A stretch of 64,000 nucleotides of DNA, from NCBI RefSeq assembly GCF_009914755.1, contig NC_060927.1. The stretch is one strand, 5' to 3'. The DNA comes from the human T2T-CHM13v2.0 reference genome, Homo sapiens. This document shows positions 19,067 through 32,795 of the stretch, in pieces. Within the stretch, counting starts at the first letter, position 1, and every line of letters begins with the position of its first letter. A model generated the notes under the pieces. It did not search any database and was not told the DNA's origin. It saw nothing but the letters and a program-made list of their open reading frames with translations. The position numbers and the translations under genes were made by a program.

Positions 19067-19139
19067 CGGCTGAAGACTGATGCTGCCCGATCGCCTCGGA
19101 AGCCCCATAGACCATCACGGACGCCGAGCTTCCGGTAAC

Positions 19140-21200
19140 TCTCACAGCGGAAGGTAAGCCCGTCCCCTTCTTAAGCAATACGGAGGCTACCCACTCCACA
19201 TTACCTTCTTTTCAAGGGCCTGTTTCCCTTGCCTCCATAACTGTTGTGGGTATTGACAGACAGGCTTCTAAACCTCTTAAAACTCCCCAACTCTGGTGCC
19301 AACTTAGACAATACTCTTTTATGCACTCTTTTTTAGTTATCCCCACCTGCCCAGTTCCCTTATTAGACCGAGATATTTTAACCAAATTATCTGCTTCCCT
19401 GACTATTCCTGGACTACAGCTGCATCTCATTGCTGCCCTTCTTCCCAATCCAAAGCCTCCTTTGCGTCCTCCTCTTGTATTCCCCCACCTTAACCCACAA
19501 GTATAAGAGACCTCTACTCCCTCCTTGGCAACTGATCACGCACCCCTTACCATCTCATTAAAACCTAATCATCCTTACCCCGCTCAATGCCAATATCCTA
19601 TCCCACAGCACGATTTAAAAGGATTAAAGCCTGTGATCACTCGCCTGCTACAGCACGGGCTTCTAAAACCTATAAACTCTCCTTACCATTCCCCCATTTT
19701 ACCTGTCCTAAAACCAGACAAGGCTTACAAGTTAGTTCAGAATCTGCGCCTTATCAACCAAATTGTTTTGCCTATCCACCCCGTGGTGCCAAACCCATAT
19801 ACTCTCCTATCCTCAATACCTTCCTCTACTACCCATTATTCTGTTCTGGATCTCAAACATGCTTTCTTTACTATTCCTTTGCAACCGTCATCCCATCCTC
19901 TCTTTGCCTTCACTTAGACTGACCCTGACACCCATTAGGCTCAGCAAATTACCTGGGCTGTACTGCCGCAAGGCTTCACAGACAGCCCCCATTACTTCAG
20001 TCAAGCCCAAATTTCGTCCTCATCTGTTACCTATCTTGGCATAATTCTCATAAAAACACATGTGCTCTCCCTGCTGATCGTGTCTGATTAATCTCCCAAA
20101 CCTCAATCCCTTACAAAAGAACAACTCCTTTCCTTCCTAGGCATGCTTAGTGCGGTCAGAATTCTTAAACAAGAGCCAGGACCACACCGTGTAGCCTTTC
20201 TGTCCAAACAACTTGACCTTACTGTTTTAGCCTAGCCCTCATGTCTGCGTGCAGCGGCTGCCGCTGCTTTAATACTGTTAGAGGCCCTAAAAGTCACAAA
20301 CTATGCTCAACTCACTCTCTACATTTCCCAAAATCTATTTTCTTCCTCATACCTGAGGCATATACTTTCTGCTCCCCGGCTCCTTCAGCTGTACTCACTC
20401 TTTAAGTCTCACAATTACCATCGTTCCTGGCCCGGACTTCAATCTGGCCTCCCACATTATTCCTGATACCACACCTGACCCCCATGACTGTATCTCTCTG
20501 ATCCACCTGATATTCACCCCATTTCCCCATATTTCCTTCTTTCCTGTTCCTCACCCTGATCACGCTTGATTTATTGATGGCAGTTCCACCAGGCCTAATC
20601 GCCACACACCAGCAAAGGCAGGCTATGCTATAGTACAAGCCACTAGCCCGCCTCTCAGAACCTCTCATTTCCTTTCCATCGTGGAAATCTATCCTCAAGG
20701 AAATAACTTCTCAGTGTTCCATCTGCTATTCTACTACTCCTCAGGGATTATTCAGGCCCCCTCCCTTCCCTACACATCAAGCTCGAGGATTTGCCCCCAC
20801 CCAGGACTGGCAAATTAGCTTTACTCAACATGCCCGAGTCAGGAAACTAAAATACCTCTTAGTTCAAATAGACACTTTCACTGAATAAGTAAAGGCCTTT
20901 CCTACAGGGTCTGAGAAGGCCACCGCAGTCATTTCTTCCCTTCTGTCAGACATAATTCCTCAGTTTAGCCTTCCCACCTCTATACAGTCTGATAATAGAC
21001 CAGCCTTTATTAGTCAAATCAGCCAAGCAGTTTTTCAGGCTCTTAGTAGGTTTCAGTGAAACCTTTATATCCCTTACGGTCCTCCGTCTTCAAGAAAAGT
21101 AGAACGGACTAAAGGTCTTTTAAAAACACAGCTCACCAAGCTCAGCCACCAACTTAAAAAGGACTGGACAATACTTTTACCACTTTCGCTTCTACAAGGT
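19140..21200 (+). pseudogene. HERV-H pro/pol remnant, multiple stops and deletions
   Basis: Degenerate protease motif FLSNTEATHS, RT QYPI, YSVLDLKHAFFTIPL, WAVLPQGF; RNaseH FIDGSS; integrase remnants. Confidence 0.85.
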
Positions 21201-21864
21201 ACAGCCCATTTAAGCTCCTGTGTAGATGCTCCTTTTTATTAGGCCCCAGTCTCATTTGACACCAGACCAACTGAGACTGTGCCCCCAAAAAACTTGTCAT
21301 CCCTACTATCTTTTGTCTAGTCATACTCCTATTCACCGTTCTCAACTACTCATACGTGCCCTGCTCTTGTTTACACTGCCGGTTTACACTGTTTCTCCAA
21401 GCCATCACAGCTGATATCTCCTGGTGCTATCCCCAAACTGCCACTCTAAACTCTTGAAGTAAATAAATAATCTTTGCTGGCAGGACTATGCTGAATCTCC
21501 TTAGGCACTCTCTAATCAGATGTCCTAGGTCCTCCCAATTCTTAGATCTTTTATACCTGTTTTTCTCCCTCTCTTATTCCATTTAGTTTCTCAATTCATC
21601 CAAAACCATATCCAGGCCATCACCAATCATTCTATACGACAAATGTTTCTTCTAACATCCCCACAATATCACCCCTTACCACAAGACCTCCCTTCAGCTT
21701 AATCTCTCCCACTCTAGGTTCCCACGCTGCCCCTAATCCCGCTTGAAGCAGCCCTGAGAAACATCGCCCGTTCTCTCTCCACACCACCCCCCAAAAATTT
21801 TTGCCGCTCCAACACTTCAACACTATTTTGTTTTATTTGTCTTATTAATATAAGAAGGCAGGAA

Positions 21865-22305
21865 TGTCAGGCCTCTGAGCCCAGGCCAGGCCATCACATC
21901 CCCTGTGACTTGCACGTATACATCCAGATGGCCTGAAGTAACTGAAGATCCACAAAAGAAATAAAAACTGCCTTAACTGATGACATTCCACCATTGTGAT
22001 TTGTTCCTGCCCCACCCTAACTGATCAATGTACTTTGTAATCTCCCCCACCCTTAAGAAGGTTCTTTGTAATTCTCCCCACTCTTGAGAATGTACTTTGT
22101 GAGATCCACCCCTGCCCACCAGAGAACAACCCCCTTTGACTGTAATTTTCCATTACCTTCCCAAATCCTATAAAACGGCCCCACCCCTATCTCCCTTTGC
22201 TGACTCTCTTTTCGGACTCAGCCCGCCTGCACCCAGGTGAAATAAACAGCCATGTTGCTCACACAAAGCCTGTTTGGTAGTCTCTTCACACGGACCCGTA
22301 TGAGA
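21865..22305 (+). mobile_element. HERV-H 3' LTR (LTR7Y-like)
   Basis: Near-identical copy of 16724-17157 preceded by PPT. Confidence 0.9.
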
Positions 22306-22415
22306 ATGACCACATTTCTCATGTGGGGCCATCAGGAGGACTAGAGGTGGCATGTGACGGGCAGGTGGGTGGAAGGGGAGGAGCTCTAAACTCCATGGGT
22401 CCGGCTCATTCTTAC

Positions 22416-22600
22416 CTCTAGTTCCTGAATGGGTACAGGCTGTGATGGAAGGCAGGAAGCACACTTGATCTTTATGGTCAGGGGATTTAAATCCTGCTTT
22501 TGCTCCTCGGTCATGATCGGAACTTCTGTTTTTAAAGTCAAAAGGCAATCTAAAATGTTGGCAGACTTCTCACTGCCACGACTCACGACAGTTTGCCATC
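22416..22600 (-). CDS. CFAP92: CFAP92 coding exon 8
   Basis: acceptor tttcccccag|GA, (G)WQTVVSRGSEKS...PLTIKIKCASCLPSQPVPIQELE, donor GAG|gtaaga; 185 nt, phase 1 to 0. Confidence 0.85.
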
Positions 22601-22779
22601 CTGGGGGAAATACACCCAGCATTAGACCTTTCCTCCCGACACCCCCAAGACACGCACAGAGGGATCAAGCAACCTGAGATGAGCCAATGATAAAATCACA
22701 ACCCAAAAGTGAAAACTTTAATTAAAAAAAAAAAAGAAAAGAAAGAATTGGGAAACACCCACAGGCAGCATGACCTGTG

Positions 22780-23175
22780 CTAGTTTCTCAAACTGAGGTC
22801 CCGTAAATTCTCTAGAATTGAATTTGTGTGACTTAATCTTGATGACATCTTTTAAGAAGTAATACAAGTATTTCCTGAATCATCTAGGACACAATAGGAA
22901 CACCTATGTGTGGGTGCCACTCCCAGACAGTCTGATTTAATTGGTCTGGGGTGTGGCCTCCACAATGGGAGGTTTAAAAGCTCTCCAGGTAACTTGAAAA
23001 CCAACGTTCTAAACCTGTGCTATCCACTATGGTAGCTATGGGCCATAGGTAGCTACTTGAATTGTAACTAATTAAAATTAAATAAGATATAAAATGCACT
23101 TCCTTCCCCACACAAGCCGCATTCCAAATGCCCAGTACCCTCATGTGGCTATGGGCTCCTGTATGGGTCAGCAGA
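22780..23175. mobile_element. hAT-Charlie MITE remnants (MER5-like then MER3/MER58-like)
   Basis: tctgatttaattggtctgggg motif; tgtgctatccactatggtagcta...atgtggcta motif. Confidence 0.5.
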
Positions 23176-23467
23176 GAGCCTGGCCATCGTTGCAGGAAGG
23201 CTACTGGATGGAGTGCTCCAGGCAGTTCTCCCACCAAGGACATATCATGCCAGTGTGTACATTTGGTACTCAGTGGGTTGCTTCATCTGTTGTGATTTGA
23301 TGAGGAAAGCACAGATACTGATGTAGAACACAACTGGCACATCTGAGCCAAATACAAGCGTGCATACCTCCCACCAGGGTGGTTTTGCACTAGTGCGCCT
23401 CGCAAAAAGGGTGGGTGAATTGAGCCATTGCAAGGCATATAGGTAGCTGTCAGAGCTGTCAGAATGC

Positions 23468-23775
23468 TTTTTCTTTTTCTTTTTTTTTTTTTTTGAGACA
23501 GAGTCTTGCTCTGCTGCCCAGGCTGGAGTACAGTGGCACGGTCTTGGCTCACTGCTAGCTACGCCTCCTGGGTTCACGCCATTCTCCTGCCTCAGCCTCC
23601 CAAGTAGCTGGGACTACAGGTGCCCGACAACATGCCTGGCTAATTTTTTGTATTGTTAGTAAAGACGGGGTTTCACCGTGTTAGCCAGGCTGTTCTCGAT
23701 CTCCTGACCTCGTGATCCACCCGCCTCGGCCTCCCAAAGTGTAGGGATTACAGGCGTGAGCCACCACACCCAGCC
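23468..23775 (-). mobile_element. AluY-like
   Basis: ggttcacgccattctcc, ctcgatctcctgacctcgtga; TSD cagaatgctttt(t). Confidence 0.88.
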
Positions 23776-24325
23776 CAGAATGCTTTTTCTATAAAAGGTA
23801 TCCATGTATTTCACCAGTCAGAGATGTACTAGGTAAGGAAAAAACAAAACAAATAAACAAAAAAAATCACCTCAAGTTTTGGAGGCAGGATTGACCTGGG
23901 TTTGAATCCCAGATCTGACTCTTTGTCATGTGATAAGCTAGAGTCTCCAAGGCTCAATTTCATCTTCGAAATGGGGATAGACACCACCTTCCTTGGGTTT
24001 AAAGGATTAAGAAAGATGATATATGAGATGGTGCTCAAAAAGATCAGTCTATTCCTTTCAACATGCCTGTAAATGTATTTCTAGGGCATGTAAAAGCCAA
24101 GTCGCTCACATTCAGAAAGAGTAGGCACTTCTAAAACAAGTCCCGGGCCAGGTGTGCACAGCCATCTGCACAGGCTGTGAACAGAGGCGTGCACAGCTCC
24201 TGGGGGTAGCCCTCATGCTCCCGCAGGATCCTCTTTAACAAAGCTGATTCATAAAAGCTGTCACCCATTACGCCTGTGTTCTATAATTTTGTGAGCCTTT
24301 TCACATGAAAGACTACCCAAGGGTA

Positions 24326-24622
24326 GGCCGGGTACGGTGGCTCACGCCTATAATCCCAGCAGTTTGGCAGGCCGAGGCAGGCGGATCACCTGAAGTCGGG
24401 AGTTTGAGACCAGCCTGACCAAAATGGAGAAACCTCGTCTCTACCAAAAATACAAAATCAGCCGGACGTGGTAGCGCATGCCTGTATTCCCAACTACTCA
24501 GGAAGGCTAATGCAGGAGAATCGCTTGAACCCGGGAGGCGGAGGTTGCGGTGAGCTGAGATCGCGCCATTGTACTCCAGCCTGGGCAACAAGAGCAAAAC
24601 TCCGTCTCAAAAAAAAAAAAAA
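24326..24622 (+). mobile_element. Alu (Sp/Sq-like)
   Basis: Dimeric Alu; TSD-like aaagactac(c/t)caagg. Confidence 0.9.
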
Positions 24623-24727
24623 AGACTACTCAAGGTAGAAGGAATCCCCATTGCAAAAATAAAAATAAAAAAAAAGTGCTCAAATCATCAGAGTCAGGGA
24701 GACATACACCAGAACAGAATTCCAGGC

Positions 24728-24926
24728 TGCGGGCTCACAGCCTCCACACTGCTGACAGTTGGGGCAGACCATTCTTTGCTCAGGGGACAGTCCTGTGCAT
24801 TATGGCATGTTTAACAGTATCTTACTAGATGCCAGTGGCATCCCACTCTCAGTCGTGCCAACCAAAATGCCTCCACACACAGCCAAGTGTCCCCAGCAGA
24901 CACAAGCCCCCTGAGTTAAGAGCCCT
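24728..24926 (-). mobile_element. MER20, opposite orientation, diverged
   Basis: ctgacagttggggcagaccattctttg...ctagatgccagtggca...ttaagagccctg. Confidence 0.6.
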
Positions 24927-25499
24927 GGTTAAGAGTGGAATGGTGTAAGGGAATGTTTGTGCTCCTCCAACAGCCAGTCCCAAACATGCGCTAATGTCAT
25001 TTCATCCTTAACCTTGTGTGGTTGCTGTCATCTCCACATTACAGATGGGGGAAATGAGGCCCAGAGTTCTGACGCAATCATCCAAGGTCTCTTAGAAAAT
25101 ACGTTGTAGAACCAGCATCCAAACCAGTTCTGTTGGGCTAAGTGGGGCCCCTCCGCTATGCAATACTATCCTTTTAAAATAAGAGCTCATTCCCAGACAC
25201 AGAATCTTTCTAGAATCTTACTGGGTTACTAGCCAACCAATATTTACTAATAAGGTATACATACATGATCTATGGCCTAATTTGAAATTGAAGATGATTA
25301 CCAAAAATAATTATGCTGGGCTTACAGTAAATAATCTTATGCTATTAGTTTCTGGCAAAACCAGACATACAACTGGCCTGCTGAGCTGACCCGTTCTCTG
25401 TCGATGACCATAGGCTATGTCATGGGTATAATGGAGCGGCCCACACACATGGCCTCAGGACAGCTGCTGCCTCCACACCTGCACCCCCTGGGTCCCACT

Positions 25500-25690
25500 G
25501 TGCTAAGCAGTTTACACACGTCAGCTCCTGTGATCCTTAAAACAACGCTCTGAGGTAGGAGTAATCACCCCCATTTCACAGAGGAGGAAAGTGAGACTCA
25601 GAGAAAGTAGGTAACTTGCTGGTAAGTGGCTGAGCCATGATCAAAGTGTTTTGGTCACCAAAGTTCTTACATGTGAACCCCTGCACTGTA
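25500..25690 (-). mobile_element. MIR (others at ~23880-24040, 27950-28100, 51490-51610, 61540-61900, 62880-63060)
   Basis: cccatttcacagaggaggaaagtgagactcagaga MIR core. Confidence 0.6.
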
Positions 25691-25733
25691 CAGCATTGTA
25701 CATGACGGGGCAGGTTATAGAGAGGGGAGGCTA

Positions 25734-26493
25734 GGTCCAGTGCGGTAGCTCACGCCTGTAATCCCAGCACTTTGGGAGGCTGAGGCAGGTGGATCACTGT
25801 CAGGCCTCTGAGCCCAAGCTAAGCCATCATATCCCCAGTGACCTGCATGTATACATCCAGATGGCCTGAAGCAACTGAAGATCCACAAAAGAAGTGAAAA
25901 TAGCCTTAACTGATGACATTCCACCATTGTGATTTGTTTCTGCCCCACCCTAACTATCAATGTACTTTGTAATCTCCCCCACACTTAAGAAGGTTCTTTA
26001 TAATCTCCCCCACCCTTAAGAAGGTTTTTTTGTAATTCTCCCCACCCTTGAGAATGTACTTTGTGAGATCCACCCCCTGCCCCCAAAACATTGCTCTTAA
26101 CTCCACTGCCTATCCCAAAACCTGTAAGAACTAATGATAATCCCACCACCCTTTGCTGACTCTCTTTTCAGACTCAGCCTGCCTGCACCCAGGTGAAATA
26201 AACAGCCTTGTTACTTACACAAAGCCTGTTTGGTCTCTTCACACGGACATGTAAGACAATCACGAGGTCAGGAGTTCAAGACCAGCCTGGCCAAAATTGT
26301 GAAACCCCATCTCTACAAAAAATACAAAAATTAGCCTGGCATGGTGGCATGCGCCTGTAATCCCAGCTACTCTAGAGGTTGAGGCAGGAGAATTGCTTAA
26401 ACCTGGGGGGGCAGAGGCTGTAGTGAGCCGAGATCGCGCCACTGCACTCCAGCCTGGGCGACAGAGCAAGACTCCATCTCGAAAAAAAAAAAA
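25734..26493 (+). mobile_element. Alu split by solo LTR7B
   Basis: Left part 25734-25797, remainder 26259-26493. Confidence 0.9.
25798..26258 (+). mobile_element. Solo HERV-H LTR (LTR7B-like) inside an Alu
   Basis: TGTCAGGCC...GACA, perfect 5-bp TSD atcac (25793-25797, 26259-26263); Alu resumes after it. Confidence 0.9.
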
Positions 26494-26881
26494 GAGAGAG
26501 GGGACCATGTCCTGGCTTCATTCTGCTGGAAACAGTCATGCCAGGCAGGCCCAAATGGTTGAATTTCTTTTTCCTCTCACAGTAAAATCCAAAGCGGGGC
26601 AGGTCCCATGGTACGCTCCCCCAGGAGGATCATGGGTTCCTCCTTGGGACTGCAGGACGAAGGAAGCAGCTAGCAAAGGCGTTCGCTCAAAGCTACTGCG
26701 TGCAATAGGTATGCTGGAGGGTCAGGCTGGAGCGTGGGGTGGGGTAAGACCCTCTGAAAGTTTACTCTCTGTCACTGTTGCCTCTCAAGAGGTTCTGATG
26801 CTACGAGAAAGTGAAGGTGATCAGGAAGGACAAGCTGTAGGTGAAGTATCATTTTCAAAAAGTCATTTAAAACTGCAAACT

Positions 26882-27162
26882 GCCAAATGCGGCAGCTCAT
26901 GCCTGTAATTCTAGAACTCTGAGAGGCTGAAGCAGGAGGATTACTTGTGACCAGGAGTTTGAGACCAGCCTGGGCAACATAGCAAGACCTTGTCTCTACA
27001 GAAAATAAAAAAAATAGCCAGGTGTGGTGGTGTGCACCTGTAGTCTTAGCTATGCGGGTGGCAGAGGCGGGAGGCTTGCTTCAGGCTGGAGTGAGCTATG
27101 ATCATGTCACTTACACTCCAGCCTGGGTGAGAGAGCAAGACCCTATCTCAAAAAAAAAAAAA
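26882..27162 (+). mobile_element. Alu (J-type)
   Basis: Diverged dimeric Alu; TSD-like aa(c/g)tgcaaactg. Confidence 0.8.
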
Positions 27163-27869
27163 GTGCAAACTGAAAAGTTAATAGCACTTTCTCAAACTGA
27201 ATTGACACCAACCCAAGAGCGCGAGAGGAGGATGACGACTGGCACCTGTGGAACTGAACTGGAGGCTCTGACTTACGGGGTTTTTGCCCCCTTCTCTATG
27301 AATGCTGGTTCCAGCTCAGAAAAGACCAACGCACGCGCTTCTGCAGAGTAGCCAGGAGAGGGCGCACAAGACACGTGATGGCAAAAAAACGAACAAAGTC
27401 TGAATTTTCTCTAAAAAGAAAAAAAAAGGGGGGGAGTTCACCCCATATTACTCTTTTTTGGAACAAAGCAACATAATTTTACCAAAATATATGCTGAGCT
27501 TTCAATCATCAAAACATATTGATATAATATTTAGTTATGATTTACCAGTATGTATAAAGTCCAGTTCATAAATTGTGGTAGATCTTATAAAGCAAAATAA
27601 TTAAATCCCTGTTTGGCCACTGAGCTGTGTGGGATTAGGAAAGTTACTTAACCTCTTTGAGTTCTTTTCCTCACTGAAAAAAATGGTAACTATGATAACC
27701 ACCACAGCCACCACCACACCACAGGTTGGCTGAGTGGGTCAGAATTTGGTCTGAGAAGTAAGTGATGTGTCACACGGGAAGTGCCTGCACCCAGAGGGGC
27801 TCAGTCAAAAAGGGTTCCCTTTCCTCATTCCCTTTACTAGATGTTTTTGTAAAAATCTGTAGGAAAGCA

Positions 27870-27875
27870 TTTATT
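27870..27875 (-). terminator. Candidate polyA signal AATAAA for short CFAP92/KIAA1257 isoform
   Basis: tttatt on + strand, about 260 nt downstream of read-through stop at 28133. Confidence 0.5.
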
Positions 27876-28194
27876 AAAAGCAGCATCTTCTTAACAAACA
27901 CAATGATGACATTTAATATTCCCATAGGCTTCCTTGGATTTTGGAATCAAACAGAGCTGGGTTCAAGTCCAGGCTTCACATTTCCTAGCTGTGTGATCTC
28001 AGGCAAGGTAGCTACCCTCTCTGGGCCTTTGTTTCCCCCTGTACTATGAAGCCAATTCCCCTGAGTTTCCTGAGGTGGCTGTGAGGATGAAATGAGGTGG
28101 CACGCAGCAGGGTTGTCATTAGGAGCATCCGCTTATGGCCGTTCTGGCCACAAGACAAGCAGGAGCTGCTGGGAACAGGGCAAGCAGTGGGTAC

Positions 28195-28341
28195 CGGCAA
28201 GGAGCGGCATGACGGCCAGCTGGATGGAGAAAGCGCTCTGCTTCCTGGGGCCTGTCAGCGTGGGGTCTGCCTCTTCTTCTGCCAGGGGCTTCTTATGTCT
28301 CCTCTGGATTTTCCTTCTTCCCTCTGAATCTTTCCCTTTAA
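28195..28341 (-). CDS. CFAP92: CFAP92 coding exon 7 (long isoform); reads through to stop at 28133 in short isoform
   Basis: acceptor gatttcacag|TT, (I)KGKDSEGRRKIQRRHKK...MPLLA, weak donor G|gtaccc; 147 nt; ORF track frame continues to 28133. Confidence 0.85.
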
Positions 28342-29132
28342 CTGTGAAATCAAACAAAGGAGATGAGCATTAAGAGGAGACTGTATCTGAGCTGCCATAT
28401 GTGGACCTGAACATGCTACAGAGATTCAGGAAGGTTCTGGAAGCTCCTAGAAGGCAGGGGTTATTCTTTGTGTGACTGCCTCTTCCCAGCAACCAGAAGT
28501 GGTGGCTAAATATAGATGGCAGGCCCGTTGCCAGTTATATGTAGTAATAGGGTGAGGGCCTCTCATTCCCCGCCTCTGCTAACTGAGAACACAGACAGAA
28601 GAGAACTAAGGTCATCATGACAATGATGCCATAACACACTCAAGGCTCTCTTCCAGTCAGCTCTTAATGTCAGTGCAGGGTGGACGGTGGGCTTTTTTAA
28701 GAGACCCTGCTCTTAAACAAACAAAAGCCCACAGTCTGAGCCTCAGTAACCTCACCTGTTATATGAGGGCAACAGCACCTGCCTTCTAGGACACTGAGAA
28801 GAGGAAATTAGCAACGCTACATAAAACACTCAGCTCAGTGCCAAGCTCAGACCAGAAGGAAAAGGAGATGAGAACACATATAAATCTACGGTCATCAAGA
28901 CAAGACCAATGGGACAGACGAGAAAGCCCAGGAACAGACCCAAACACATAGGGGAACCTAACAGATGCCAGAAGTGGCATTTCAAATCAGTGGATAAGTT
29001 ATATTGATTATCCATATGGGAGCAAATTAAGTTATTGAATTACTTCACGGCATATACAAAATGAATTCCAGACTAAAAGTATAAAACAAAAACTTTAAAA
29101 TCATCAGAAGAATATCTAGGAGACTATACTGA

Positions 29133-29900
<768 letters not shown>

Positions 29901-30248
29901 GAGGAAGGATTTCTTAAACATTCGTGAAAGTATAAACTAGAGAGGAATAGTTAAATAATTGGTGTACAAAACAAGATAACATAAATCAAGTCAAACGATA
30001 AGTTACATACCCCTGTCTGTGAGGATTACCATGCATATAACTGGCAATGTACAATTATCCAGATGTAAACACAAAGCTGGCAGATCAGTAAGACAATTTT
30101 TTTTAAACTAACAGAAAAATAAGCAAAGATATGAATAGGAAAATCACAGAAGAGTGTGACCAAATAAGCCTATGCAATGCTGCTCAGCCTCACCAGGAGT
30201 CAGGAACTAAACCATGCCCGTGCAGACCGGGGAGAACAGCAATCCTCA

Positions 30249-30612
<364 letters not shown>

Positions 30613-31446
30613 CTAGCATCTAGCAATGGGGTCGAGGCTCACAGCCTGTGTCCCAGGGGTCCCACTGGGCCAATGCCGTGGACTCACATGTGTGCCCAGA
30701 TGCTCACCATGGCAGTGCTGGAGAGCAAGAAATTGGAGACAACTCAGATCCCTGGCACGGGGACTGTGTGCATGCAGGACGGTCCACCCATAACACATGG
30801 CAAAATGCTAACACCTAAATTGTGAATATGTAGTTGTTGCATTTTCATGTGAACTTTCCTATCTTTATTTCAAAATAAAAAGAACGGTTTAAAAATCTCA
30901 TTAAATGCTTAAAGCACATTTTTAAAAAGAGTGACACTTTTAATCCGGAAAAGACAAAAGTCAGGAGTTGAGAGGCATTCACATGTGAAAGTGTGACTTA
31001 GTCTTTGTGGACCGTAGGAATAGGAATGAGTTTTCTTCAACTGTGTCTCCAGCACCCAGCAGAGAGCCTGGCTCAAGCAGTCACTTCCCTCTGCAGCCAT
31101 AGACTGTTGCACTAGAACCAGGCCAGTGTCAGGAAACAACAGATTAACTGATGGAGAGATGAGGAAATGATCTGTAGCAATTATAGCTAAAAGGACGTGA
31201 AATGGCCCATCCCAGGAGGCAGCAGTATACCCACTGGCTCTAGATTTTCCCACCTCACACTGGAAACACAACTTCTTAATGAGAAACTGGTGAGGGGATC
31301 TAAGCTGAGAATGAGGAAGTTGATTTAGTGGCTTCTGAGGGTTCTGCTCTCTTGACAGTATGTGAATAAGATTACATGCTTCTGCATGAACGGATCCCAT
31401 AACACAGGATGCTGTGTTCTTCATTCCACCATAAGAGTGAACACTA

Positions 31447-32132
<686 letters not shown>

Positions 32133-32248
32133 CTACCCATACCACAACATCTATCACAAAGAATTGTAATTCTTTATTTGAAAGTCTCCATTAGATATTA
32201 GAGATTTTCATGTTCCCCATATGCACAACACCATGGGTCAAAAATATT

Positions 32249-32520
32249 GATGGAATGGAATGGATGATGAGGGTGAGTGAATGACATGAGAAGAAATGGA
32301 ACAAATGGATGGATGGATGGAGATGGATGGATAGGGATGGATGGATGGATGGATGGATGGATGAATAAATGGAATGGGTGGGTGGACAGATGAATGGATG
32401 GGGATGGATGAATGAATGGATGGATGAATAGAGATGGATGGATAGATGGGGATGGACAGATAGATGAATGGATGGATGGGGATGGGTGGATGGATGGATA
32501 GACGGTAAGGATGGGATGCA
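32249..32520. repeat. (TGGA)n degenerate microsatellite
   Basis: ggatggatggat... tract. Confidence 0.92.
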
Positions 32521-32670
32521 TAAGTTGAAAATGTATACAGTACTCTTACTTTTGAGAAACATTTTGTCAAATATGCAAGAATCTCATTGAAGTATCCTGA
32601 ATTTAAAATATTTCATAATTATTCCAAGTCTAGTTATATTATAAAATTCCCAAATCCTATCCTAACTTAC

Positions 32671-32795
32671 TTTGAGACCTTTGTCTGTCTAATATGTTTG
32701 TTAAGCTGCTAAGTGATTCACTCTCAATTAATTCCTTGATCTCCATCATGCTTGCTCCTGCCAAAGAAATGGTTGGTGTTCTTGAAACACTCCAT
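32671..32795 (-). CDS. CFAP92: CFAP92 coding exon 6
   Basis: acceptor aattttctag|A, (Q)WSVSRTPTISLAG...DRQRSQ, donor A|gtaagt; 125 nt, phase 2 to 1. Confidence 0.85.

Larger units (their letters stand above)
16724..22305 (+). mobile_element. HERV-H provirus, two LTRs, ~5.6 kb, defective gag/pro/pol with env largely deleted
   Basis: Direct LTRs starting TGTCAGGCCTCTGAGCCC, His-tRNA PBS, PPT aagaaggcaggaa (21852-21864), gag zinc knuckles, RT motifs; TSD ataac/atgac. Confidence 0.95.

Noticed and set aside
19525-19917. Possible functional reverse transcriptase
   Set aside because: LDLKD motif altered to LDLKH, stops follow, and no YxDD motif is visible
32191-32570. His/Pro/Ser/Ile-rich ORFs in three frames
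   Set aside because: Translation of the (TGGA)n microsatellite
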